A stretch of 21,831 nucleotides of DNA from Gemmatimonadales bacterium (GCA_035759585.1 DASTUP010000100.1:1-21831), one strand, 5' to 3'; shown: positions 7,568-14,817, counted from the stretch's first letter. The notes: a model not told the origin generated them from the letters alone. Numbers and translations are program-made.

Positions 7568-9817
7568 TCAGAACGATGGCGTGGCGACCTGGTCGCCGGG
7601 CGCGAGGCGCAGCGCGGTCGACGCGGCGCCACCCTCCAGCGGCTGCACCACGAGGCGGTACTCGATCCGTGAGCCGCCGCGGTCGAGCATCCTCCCCGCG
7701 ACGTACGCGATGCGACGGCCATCCGGCGCCGCCGCGAGCGAGAGGATCGGGTCGGGGGATTCCACGACCGGCACCGCTCCGGCCGGACCGAGCCGCATGA
7801 TGACCGCGCCACGCTGCCGCGAGGAGACGTAGAGCAGCGAGCCGTCCGGAAGCCAGCGTGGCGACTGGTCTCGCGCGTCGTCGTTCGTGACGCGCCGCTG
7901 GTTTCCGCCGTCCGGGCCCATGCGATAGATCTCGGCGTTCCCGTCGCGCGCGCTCACGAAGGCGACGCTCCGCCCGTCGGCAGAAACCGACGGCGACCGG
8001 TTGCCCCCCGACGAAGCGGTCAGCACGCGCAGATCGCTTCCATCGAGCGCCACGCTCGCGACCTGCGTCCCGCCGGGCCGGTCCGCCGTGAAGAAGATGC
8101 GCATGCCGTCGGGAGACCAGGCCGGCGCACCCTCGCTGCCCGGCTCGCTCGTGAGCCGGGTGACGTTCGCTCCATCGGCATCCATCACGTAGAGATCGAA
8201 CGTGCCCCCGCGATCGGAGCTGAAGGCGATACGGCTCCGGTCGGGCGAGTACGCTGCTTCGATGTTGGCGGCGCTGTCGGCGAGGATCGGGACGAGCTCG
8301 CTCTCGCCCGGCGTGAAGTGCTGGATGGCGAGCGCCTGCGGAGCGGAGCCGCTCCGGCTCGCCGAGACGAGCAGGTCTCCGGTCACGAACACTTCGGCGG
8401 CGGCGCTCCGAGCGGATGGGCTCGCGGCGGCCACCGTCGCGCGGCCGAGCGCGCGCGCCTCGATCTCTCCGCCGTCGCCGATGGAGACCGCAGGCGAGGA
8501 AGACGACCAGGTGAGCGGCGGCTCGAGGCCGGGAACCAGCGCACCCTGCTCATCGACCACGGTCGCGCGGAGCCGGGTGCGCCCCCCGCGCGCAAGCCCG
8601 ATGCGCGTCCGATCGAGCGAGAGCGCCGCGGGAATCACTTCGACGGTCCACGTGGTCGCTTCGAATCCGTCGAGCCGGGCAGTGAGTGTCGCCGTGCCGG
8701 GCTGCCGCGCCTCGAGGAGTCCCGACTCCGGCGAGAACGTCGCGATCGACGAATCGGGCAGCGTCCACACGATTCCCGCTTCCGCGACCGGCGTCGAGTC
8801 CGCTGAGAGTGCCAGCACCTCGAAACGGCGTGAGGCCCCCGGGACGAGCCGCACGGGTCCCGCGCTCGACCGCGGCGTGATCGTGAGCGAATGCACCGGG
8901 CGGTGCACGAACACCTCCGTCCGCCCGGTCATGCCGTATCCGCTCACCGTCACCACTGCCTCACCGGGGATCCGCGCACGGATCTCCCCGTTGCCGCCGG
9001 CAGTCACGACTGCCGTATCGCTGGACGTCCAGGTGAGGCCCGCGCCAAGTCGCCGTCCGTTCTGCGCGGGGACGCTGGCGATCAGTGTATCGACCGCTCC
9101 GGGCGCCAGCGACGCGCGCTCGAGCGTGGTGAAGAGCGCGGTGTCCACGGACACGAGCACCGTATCGGCCGGCCCCGCAGCCGTCGCCGCTTCGACGAGC
9201 GTCTGGCCGGGGCCGGTGCCGACCACGAGGCCATCCCGGTCCACCGTCGCCACCTTCGTGTCGAGCGTGCGCCAGCGAATCCGTGCGCCGACGGCGGGCG
9301 AACCGTCCGCGAGGCGCGGCGCAACCGAGAGGCGGGCCGGCTCGAGCGGAAGCAGCCAGACGGCGCGCGGCTCGACGCGGATCGACGCCACCGCGACCGT
9401 GGGCGCCCCACCGGTCACGGTCACGGTCGTCCTGGCGGTGAGCGTTCCGGCCCGGGCGACGACTTCGGCGGTTCCCCGGGCAATCGCGAGCACGGTCCCG
9501 TCCTTCGAGACGGTGGCGACCCCGGAATCCGACGATGTAAAGGAGATGCCTGCCGATGTGACCAGGTTCCCCTGCCGATCGTACGCGGCGGCATATATTG
9601 CCTGCCGCTTCCCCGCTTCGAGTGTCAGCGTTTCGGGCGTGAGCTGCAGCTCGGCGGCCTGGGCGACGAGCCGGGCCGGACCGAGCGCCAGCGCGAGCGC
9701 AACGCCGGCAAGCCGGGCCGACCGGGCGAGGAACCTATATATGAAAGGAAGGCCGGCCCGGGCCCGGGCGGGCAAAGCCTCGGTCCGGCCCGTTAACCTC
9801 AAGGGCTTCAACGACAT
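7568..9817 (-). CDS. Secreted multi-domain protein with N-terminal tandem bacterial Ig-like (Big_2-type) domains and a C-terminal TolB-like beta-propeller (PD40 repeats)
   Basis: Big_2-like units include 'SSDSGVATVSKDGTVLAIARGTAEVVARAGT', 'TLDTKVATVDRDGLVVGTGPGQTLVEA', 'SSDTAVVTAGGNGEIRARIPGEAVVTV' and 'LPDSSIATFSPESGLLEARQPGTATLTA'. The C-terminus has 'IAFSSDRGGTFDLYVMDADGANVTRLT..APAWSPDG' PD40/TolB-like repeats. The start is uncertain. The ATG at 9815-9817 (MSLKPLRLTG..) is the only canonical start before the hydrophobic signal segment LAGVALALALGPARLVAQA. Confidence 0.65.
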   Translation of the reverse strand: MSLKPLRLTGRTEALPARARAGLPFIYRFLARSARLAGVALALALGPARLVAQAAELQLTPETLTLEAGKRQAIYAAAYDRQGNLVTSAGISFTSSDSGVATVSKDGTVLAIARGTAEVVARAGTLTARTTVTVTGGAPTVAVASIRVEPRAVWLLPLEPARLSVAPRLADGSPAVGARIRWRTLDTKVATVDRDGLVVGTGPGQTLVEAATAAGPADTVLVSVDTALFTTLERASLAPGAVDTLIASVPAQNGRRLGAGLTWTSSDTAVVTAGGNGEIRARIPGEAVVTVSGYGMTGRTEVFVHRPVHSLTITPRSSAGPVRLVPGASRRFEVLALSADSTPVAEAGIVWTLPDSSIATFSPESGLLEARQPGTATLTARLDGFEATTWTVEVIPAALSLDRTRIGLARGGRTRLRATVVDEQGALVPGLEPPLTWSSSSPAVSIGDGGEIEARALGRATVAAASPSARSAAAEVFVTGDLLVSASRSGSAPQALAIQHFTPGESELVPILADSAANIEAAYSPDRSRIAFSSDRGGTFDLYVMDADGANVTRLTSEPGSEGAPAWSPDGMRIFFTADRPGGTQVASVALDGSDLRVLTASSGGNRSPSVSADGRSVAFVSARDGNAEIYRMGPDGGNQRRVTNDDARDQSPRWLPDGSLLYVSSRQRGAVIMRLGPAGAVPVVESPDPILSLAAAPDGRRIAYVAGRMLDRGGSRIEYRLVVQPLEGGAASTALRLAPGDQVATPSF

Positions 9818-9936
9818 GGCTTCGACAACCGGCCAGGACAGTGCCGTCCGGCCTGCTCCAGTCGCCTTCCGGGCCGCCGCGGGGGGCCGGAGATCCATCG
9901 TTGCCATCCTGTAGGTTGGGAGTTTCGGCACAGAAC

Positions 9937-9969
9937 CTTGCACAACGGTGGCGGATGTGCAAGTTATAT
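9937..9969. promoter_or_regulatory. Perfect 8-bp inverted repeat (operator-like) abutting a TTATAT box in the divergent intergenic region
   Basis: The sequence is cttgcaca-ACGGTGGCGGA-tgtgcaag at 9937-9963, followed immediately by ttatat at 9964-9969. It sits between the divergent gene starts at 9817 (-) and 10048 (+). TTGCAC also resembles a -35 hexamer. Confidence 0.35.
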
Positions 9970-10047
9970 CCATACAACGCCTTCACCACGGCCCCGGGGG
10001 GCCTGAACCGGCGGCGGGTCACGCCGCGCTGCGAGCAAGGAGCTCCA

Positions 10048-10479
10048 ATGTCAGGGCTAGACGATATGGAGACCGGCTGGACGAGTGGTGGGTGGATGGA
10101 AGACAACCCCATGTCGGAGCCTCTGCCGCCCCCCGTGCCTCCGTCGCCGGCATTCTCGGCCCCGGCCAACATGCCGGAACCCTCGGGCCGGAGCGACAAC
10201 GGGTCGTCCGCGCCGGCCCGGCGTGCCGCAGCAGCGCGCCCACGGAAATCCGCGAAGAAGGCGTCGAAGAAATCCGCCGGGAACGGATCGAAGAAATCCG
10301 CGCGGAAGACCGCGAAGAAGGCGGCCAGGAAGTCGACGAAGAAGTCCGTGAAGAAGTCCGCGAAGAAACCAGCTCGCAATTCGTCGGCGCGGAGACCTGC
10401 CAAGAAGAAGGCATCGGCGCGGAGCGCGGCCAGCCGCAGCTCGCGGAAGCGGCCGGCCAAGAAGCGCGGGCGTCGCTGA
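10048..10479 (+). CDS. Histone H1-like / AlgP-like lysine-alanine-rich nucleoid-associated protein, with an acidic N-terminus and a KKSAKK-repeat C-terminus
   Basis: A strong AAGGAG RBS lies 8 nt upstream of the ATG at 10048. The C-terminal ~85 aa are K/A/S/R-rich repeats ('KKASKKSAGNGSKKSARKTAKKAARKSTKKSVKKSAKKPARN..'). The DNA shows degenerate ~15-nt tandem repeats (gaagaagtccgc...). The upstream in-frame GTG at 9841 is rejected. Confidence 0.6.
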   Translation: MSGLDDMETGWTSGGWMEDNPMSEPLPPPVPPSPAFSAPANMPEPSGRSDNGSSAPARRAAAARPRKSAKKASKKSAGNGSKKSARKTAKKAARKSTKKSVKKSAKKPARNSSARRPAKKKASARSAASRSSRKRPAKKRGRR

Positions 10480-10493
10480 AGCGATGATCAATC

Positions 10494-10541
10494 CGAAGCG
10501 CGACGTTGGGGCGGCATTCGCCGTCCGGACGTCGCGCTTCG
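10494..10541 (+). terminator. Perfect 12-bp GC-rich stem-loop downstream of the H1-like gene
   Basis: cgaagcgcgacg at 10494-10505 pairs with cgtcgcgcttcg at 10530-10541. The 24-nt loop contains a nested 4-bp stem. There is no U-tract, as is common in GC-rich genomes. It lies between the stop at 10479 and the next start at 10568. Confidence 0.35.
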
Positions 10542-10567
10542 CGCACCGAATCACACGGAGACCATCG

Positions 10568-11035
10568 ATGTCACGCTGCGGAAAGCTGCTGCTTGCCGGG
10601 CTGGCTCTTGCCGGTGCCGGCGGGTGCAGCCGCGCAACCAGCTCGGCCGGCGCGCCGGACGCCGGATTACAAGCCGAGATCGAACGGACCTTCGATCGCT
10701 CGGCGCGCGACTGGAACGCGGGCGACCTCGACGGCTTCATGTCGGATTACGCCCGCGATTCGACCACCTCCTACGTATCGGGCGGGCGGGTGCGCTACGG
10801 CTACGATCAGATCCGAGACAACTACGCGTCCCGCTTCGCTCCCGGCGCTTCGCGTGACAGCCTGCGGTTCGAAAATCTCGCGGTGCGCGCCCTCGGCGAG
10901 TCGCATGCGCTCGTGACCGCACGCTTCATTCTCCACCGCGACGGCCGGACCACTGCGAGCGGCCCGTTCTCCGTCATCATGGAGCGCCGCGCCGACGGCT
11001 GGAAGATCCTGCACGACCATACTTCATCCGACTGA
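10568..11035 (+). CDS. Lipoprotein with an NTF2-like / SnoaL-like (DUF4440-type) fold
   Basis: The ATG at 10568 follows a GGAGA. The signal and lipobox are MSRCGKLLLAGLALAGAGGC. 'RDWNAGDLDGFMSDYARDSTTSYVSGG..LVTARFILHRDGRTTASGPFSVIMERRADGWKILHDH' is typical of nuclear-transport-factor-2-like DUF4440 proteins. The ORF-track start at 10484 is rejected. Confidence 0.55.
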   Translation: MSRCGKLLLAGLALAGAGGCSRATSSAGAPDAGLQAEIERTFDRSARDWNAGDLDGFMSDYARDSTTSYVSGGRVRYGYDQIRDNYASRFAPGASRDSLRFENLAVRALGESHALVTARFILHRDGRTTASGPFSVIMERRADGWKILHDHTSSD

Positions 11036-11039
11036 GCAC

Positions 11040-12410
11040 ATGCGACGCACGAGCTGGCTGCGCGGATCGGCGGCTTCCCTGGTCCTGCTTCTGCTCCTCG
11101 CGGCAGCGTGCCGCGATCGCGGGCCGGAGGGAATCGCGCTCGTCGGGGGCACCGTGTTCGACGGGTCCGGCGGGCCGCCGCTCCGGGACGCGGTCATCAT
11201 CGTGCGCGGCGCGCACGTCGAGACCATCGCCCCGCGGGCCGGCTTCGACATGCCCGGCCGGATGGAGGAGATCGACATCAGCGGGAAGTGGGTGATTCCC
11301 GGGCTCATCGACGCGCACGCGCACGTCGAGCCGTGGGCACTCGACCGGTACCTCGCCTACGGCGTGACGTCGGTGCGCAACCTGCACGGCCCGCTCGACT
11401 CCATCCTCGCCCTGCGCGACCGCGTGAAGGCCGGCACGCAGCGCGGCCCGCGGATCTACAGCACCGGTGCGATGATCGACGGCGATCCGCCGACGTATCC
11501 CGACGCACTCGGCGTGAGCGATGCCGGCGAAGCCCGGCGCGCGGTGGACAGCCTCGTCCTGCGCGGCGTGGACGGGCTCAAGCTCTACAGCCGCATGGAT
11601 TCCTCGCTCCTCGCGGCCGCGCTCGACGAGGCGCGCACGTTCAACCTCCGCACTACCGCACACCTCGGGCTGACCGACGCGCTGACGGCCGCAGCGCTCG
11701 GCCTTCGGTCGATCGAGCACCTGAGCGGCATCCCGGAAGCGACGCGCGGCAATCGCGAGCCGCTGATGGCAGCGCACCGCCGCGGCTTCTTCGCGGGCTG
11801 GACCGCCTTCGCGCGGAGCTGGGCCACGCTCGACTCGACCGAGCTCGCGCGGGTAGCGCAGGGGCTCGCCGAGCGGCAGGTGGTGCTCGTGCCCACGCTG
11901 GTCGTCCACGAGACGTTCAGCCGCCTCGGCGATTCCGCGCTCTACAGGGATCCGGCCCTCCGTGCCGTTCCCTCGCGCGTGGTGGCCGACTGGGATACGC
12001 CCGACATGATCCGGCGCGCCGGCTGGACGCAGGCGGATTTCGACGCATTCGCCCGCTCCCTTCCCGCCATGGACCGTTTCATCCGGATGTTCCGTGCTGC
12101 CGGCGGAATCGTCGCCGTGGGGAGCGACGCCGTGAACCAGCAGCTCATCCCGGGTGAGAGCGCACACCGTGAGATGGAGCTCCTGGTGCGCGCGGGTCTC
12201 GCGCCCGAGGACGCGCTCCTGGCCGCCACGCGGAACGGCGCCCTTCTCATCGGCGCCGACTCGATCGGGACGATCGCTCCCGGCCGCGTCGCGGACCTCG
12301 TCGTGCTCGGCGCCGATCCGCTGAGCAACATCCGGAACACGAAGGAAATCGAGCGCGTGATGGTGCGAGGCGTTTTCGTTCCGCTGGATTCGATCCGCGC
12401 CGGCTGGTAG
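11040..12410 (+). CDS. Metal-dependent amidohydrolase family protein, secreted or lipoprotein
   Basis: The N-terminal signal is ..LVLLLLLAAAC. 'GKWVIPGLIDAHAHV' is the amidohydrolase HxH metal-binding motif. 'IVAVGSDA' is the downstream metal ligand region. It is 456 aa. The ATG lies 4 nt after the previous stop. Confidence 0.75.
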   Translation: MRRTSWLRGSAASLVLLLLLAAACRDRGPEGIALVGGTVFDGSGGPPLRDAVIIVRGAHVETIAPRAGFDMPGRMEEIDISGKWVIPGLIDAHAHVEPWALDRYLAYGVTSVRNLHGPLDSILALRDRVKAGTQRGPRIYSTGAMIDGDPPTYPDALGVSDAGEARRAVDSLVLRGVDGLKLYSRMDSSLLAAALDEARTFNLRTTAHLGLTDALTAAALGLRSIEHLSGIPEATRGNREPLMAAHRRGFFAGWTAFARSWATLDSTELARVAQGLAERQVVLVPTLVVHETFSRLGDSALYRDPALRAVPSRVVADWDTPDMIRRAGWTQADFDAFARSLPAMDRFIRMFRAAGGIVAVGSDAVNQQLIPGESAHREMELLVRAGLAPEDALLAATRNGALLIGADSIGTIAPGRVADLVVLGADPLSNIRNTKEIERVMVRGVFVPLDSIRAGW

Positions 12411-12413
12411 CCG

Positions 12414-12776
12414 ATGCAGCTGACCGCCGTCCTGGCGGCCTGGGGTCTCGTCTCGCTCTGGTTCCTGCTCTGGGAGGTTCTCGCTGCGAGGCTCGACCGG
12501 CGCGGAAACGCCGGCGGCTGGTGGCGCGCGCCGGCGCAGGTCTATGTGGCCGAAGCGCTGCTCGTGACGCTGCTCGGCACCCTCTGGTTCGCGAGTCTCG
12601 GATCGGGTGGGTGGTGGCTCGTCTTTCCGCTGCTCGGCGTGCTCATGGAGTGGCCGGGGCCGGTGCGGCACGGCTTCCACGCGCCGGATGGTTCGCGTCA
12701 CGCCGCGCTCCGGGTGGCGGCCGGAGCGCTTCGCATCACCGGTGCCGGAGCGATACTCTGGTGGTGGGTGGGCTGA
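12414..12776 (+). CDS. Small hypothetical integral membrane protein (3-4 TM, Trp-rich)
   Basis: The ATG lies 3 nt after the amidohydrolase stop. GC3 bias is very strong. Hydrophobic segments include LVSLWFLLWEVL, LLVTLLGTLWFASL, WWLVFPLLGVLM and GAGAILWWWVG. I recognise no family. Confidence 0.5.
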   Translation: MQLTAVLAAWGLVSLWFLLWEVLAARLDRRGNAGGWWRAPAQVYVAEALLVTLLGTLWFASLGSGGWWLVFPLLGVLMEWPGPVRHGFHAPDGSRHAALRVAAGALRITGAGAILWWWVG

Positions 12777-13463
12777 TCAGCCGAGCGCGCGCGCCATCCA
12801 GAAGGCACCGGTGAAGATGCCCGCCACGCCGACGATGGCAGCGGCCCACCGGCCGAGCGCGAGCGAGCGGGCGTGCGCGCGCTGCATCAGCAGGGCAGCG
12901 ACCATCGCGAAGAGCGTCATGGCGAGCGTCACGCCCAGGCCGAAGGCCGCGAGATAGCCGAGCCCCGCCCGCATGTCCGCCATGAGCGTCACGGGCACCA
13001 GCGCCACGACCGCGCTCGTGCCGGCGAGACCATGGAGGAAGCCGACGGCGGTGATTCCGCCATGCGAGTGGTCCCGGGCGGCCTCGCCAGCGAGATGCGC
13101 GTGGGAGTGCTCCGCGCCGGCACCGTGCACGTGCAGGTGCGAATGGCCATGCTCCCGCTCGGTGTGCAGGTGCATCCGCCGCGCCGACACGAGCGCCCAC
13201 GCGCCGAGCCCGACGAGCATCGCACCCACGATCGCCTCGCCGAGCGCATCCCACTGCTCGGGCCAGCGGACGCCGAGGAGGAGGAGCGCACCGCCGGCGG
13301 CCAGCACGGCGATCGAGTGCCCGAGGCCCCAGCGGGCGCCGAAGCGCGCGGCGAGCGGGACGCTCGGTCTCCGGCTCACGAATGCCGTGACCGCGAGCAT
13401 GTGGTCGATCTCGAGGGCATGCAGGAAACCGATCATCCCCGCGGTGAGCAGCAGTATCAGCAT
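12777..13463 (-). CDS. NicO/RcnA-family nickel/cobalt transporter with a His-rich loop
   Basis: 'FLHALEIDHM' fits the H-x4-D-H NiCoT/NicO signature. The central loop HTEREHGHSHLHVHGAGAEHSHAHLAGEAARDHSHGG is His-rich as in RcnA-type Ni/Co efflux proteins. It has 6 predicted TM helices in two halves. The ATG is at 13461-13463. Confidence 0.55.
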   Translation of the reverse strand: MLILLLTAGMIGFLHALEIDHMLAVTAFVSRRPSVPLAARFGARWGLGHSIAVLAAGGALLLLGVRWPEQWDALGEAIVGAMLVGLGAWALVSARRMHLHTEREHGHSHLHVHGAGAEHSHAHLAGEAARDHSHGGITAVGFLHGLAGTSAVVALVPVTLMADMRAGLGYLAAFGLGVTLAMTLFAMVAALLMQRAHARSLALGRWAAAIVGVAGIFTGAFWMARALG

Positions 13464-13526
13464 GGGTGGATTCTAGACGTATCGCCTGCGAGTTCCTAAC
13501 GCCTGGTTCTCTTCCCGGAGTCGAAC

Positions 13527-14588
13527 ATGACAGACCAGCGCCCGCGCATCCGCCTCACGTCGCTCTCCCACGGAGCCGGGTGAGCGTGTAAACTCGGCAG
13601 CGCCGAGCTGGCGCAGGTCCTGCGCCTTCTGCCCGCCGTCGAGGATGCCCGGGTCCTCGTCGACGCAGCCACACGGGACGACGCGGCGGTCTTCCGCCTC
13701 TCCGACGATCGCGCCCTCGTGGCGACGGTGGACTTCTTCACGCCCGTCGTCGACGACGCCGCGTCGTGGGGTGCGATCGCCGCGGCGAATGCCCTGAGCG
13801 ACATCTACGCCATGGGGGCCACACCGCTCTTTGCCCTCAACCTCGTGGCGTGGCCGCGATCCGGCGTGCCTTTCGAACTGCTTGGGGACGTGATCAGCGG
13901 CGCGGTGAAGGTGATGCGCAAGGCCGGCTGCCTCATGCTCGGCGGCCATTCGATCGACGACAACGAGCCGAAATTCGGCATGGCCGTCATCGGCGAGGTC
14001 CATCCCGACCGGATGCTGACCGTCGGCGGCGCCAGGGCGGGCGATCTGCTCGTCCTCACCAAGCCGATCGGCACCGGCATCCTGAGCACCGCGCTCAAGC
14101 GCGAAGCGCTCCTCGAGGGAGGCATGTCCGAAGCGATCCAGGCGATGAGCACGCTGAACGACGGTGCCGCGCGCGCCGCGCGCGAAGCCGAGGTTCACGC
14201 CTGCACCGACGTCACCGGCTTCGGGCTCCTCGGCCATCTCGGCAACATCCTGGCGGCGAGCGGGAAGGGCGCGGAGATCTGGCTCGAGGAAATTCCGGTC
14301 TTCCCGCACGTACGGAACCTCGCTGCGCGCGGCCTGGTCCCGGGTGGCACCGAGCGGAACCTCGAGGCCGCCGGCGACGTGCGGTGGGATCCGTCGCTCG
14401 ATCCCACGGAGCGGATCATCTGCGTCGACGCGCAGACCTCCGGCGGCCTCCTCATGGCGGTCGCGCCGGACCGGCACGATGCGCTCATCGACGCCCTTCG
14501 GCGCGAGGGGACGCCGGCGGCCGCCACGATCGGGAGGGTGACGGGCGCAGCGGGCATCGTGCACGTGAGCCGCAGAAGGAACCAATGA
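13527..14588 (+). CDS. selD: Selenide, water dikinase (selenophosphate synthetase) SelD, a selenoprotein with in-frame UGA (Sec) at codon 19
   Basis: The ATG at 13527 lies 6 nt after a GGAG. The protein begins MTDQRPRIRLTSLSHGAG-[TGA 13581-13583]-ACKLGSAELAQVL.., matching the SelD 'SHGAG(C/U)xCK' motif. The downstream frame (ORF-track 13719..14588) aligns along its whole length with E. coli SelD ('DAAV', 'DFFTP', 'GGHSID', 'TDVTGFGLLGHL', 'VPGGTERN', 'QTSGGLL'). The ORF caller lost the first 64 codons at the TGA. Confidence 0.9.
13610..13626 (+). promoter_or_regulatory. Candidate bacterial SECIS apical hairpin for the selD UGA
   Basis: ggcgca-GGUCC-tgcgcc is a 6-bp stem. Its GGUC-containing loop closely resembles the E. 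coli fdhF SECIS apex (..GCAGGUCUGC..). It lies 27-43 nt downstream of the UGA. A second small hairpin, ctcggcAGCgccgag, lies at 13593-13607. Confidence 0.5.
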
Positions 14589-14812
14589 AGAAGTTCCGCT
14601 GGACTCCCTCGCAGATGGATCGCCTGGAGCACGCCGTCCGCAAGGGGCTGCGCGTCGCGGTATCGCGGCGCGGCACCGAGTTCATCGTCGTCGCCATGCG
14701 GCTCACGCAGAAGGACGGCGACGACGCCCTCGTGGGCCACCTCCCGATGACCGGCGACGAGCTCGTCTTCCGCCTGCAGGATCTGGAGTCGTTCCAGGTC
14801 ATCGGCGACTAG
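14585..14812 (+). CDS. Small hypothetical protein (75 aa, no Cys), translationally coupled to selD
   Basis: Its ATG overlaps the selD TGA as ATGA at 14585-14588, and a GAAGGA RBS lies inside the selD 3' end. The sequence MKKFRWTPSQMDRLEHAVRKGLRVAVSRRGTEFIVVAMRL.. has good GC3 bias. I have no confident family assignment. Confidence 0.5.
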   Translation: MKKFRWTPSQMDRLEHAVRKGLRVAVSRRGTEFIVVAMRLTQKDGDDALVGHLPMTGDELVFRLQDLESFQVIGD

Positions 14813-14817
14813 GGCCG

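Noticed and set aside
7552-7812. 87-codon N-terminal extension of the alcohol dehydrogenase ORF (ORF track 6514..7812).
   Set aside because: It overlaps the 3' end of the upstream gene (stop at 7568). MDR dehydrogenases begin at 'MRALTL..' and the internal ATG at 7549-7551 has a GGA upstream.
9927-9942. Sigma-54-like -24/-12 element GGCAC-N6-TTGCA.
   Set aside because: Spacing between the GG and GC dinucleotides is one nucleotide longer than the strict consensus. I keep it only as a weak possibility inside the regulatory finding.
9841-10047. In-frame upstream GTG start (9841) for the H1-like gene, and a second frame 9948..10487.
   Set aside because: This would leave only 23 bp between divergent start codons with no room for promoters. 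The ATG at 10048 has a textbook AAGGAG RBS. The upstream 69 residues have no coding-like features.
10249-10440. Tandem ~15-nt repeats (gaagaagtccgc..) that could superficially suggest a CRISPR or VNTR array.
   Set aside because: The repeats are in-frame coding repeats of the Lys/Ala-rich tail of the H1-like protein. They are degenerate, have no spacers and show no CRISPR periodicity.
9948-10740. Long antisense ORFs 9735..10460(-), 10019..10546(-) and 10057..10740(-).
   Set aside because: They are artefacts of the low-complexity repeat region of the H1-like gene and the adjacent GC-rich DNA. Their composition is Arg/Ser/Pro-rich and no domains are present.
13464-13526. Possible tRNA or small RNA in the short selD-transporter intergenic region.
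   Set aside because: At 63 bp it is too short, and it has no cloverleaf-compatible pairing. It is more likely two back-to-back promoters.
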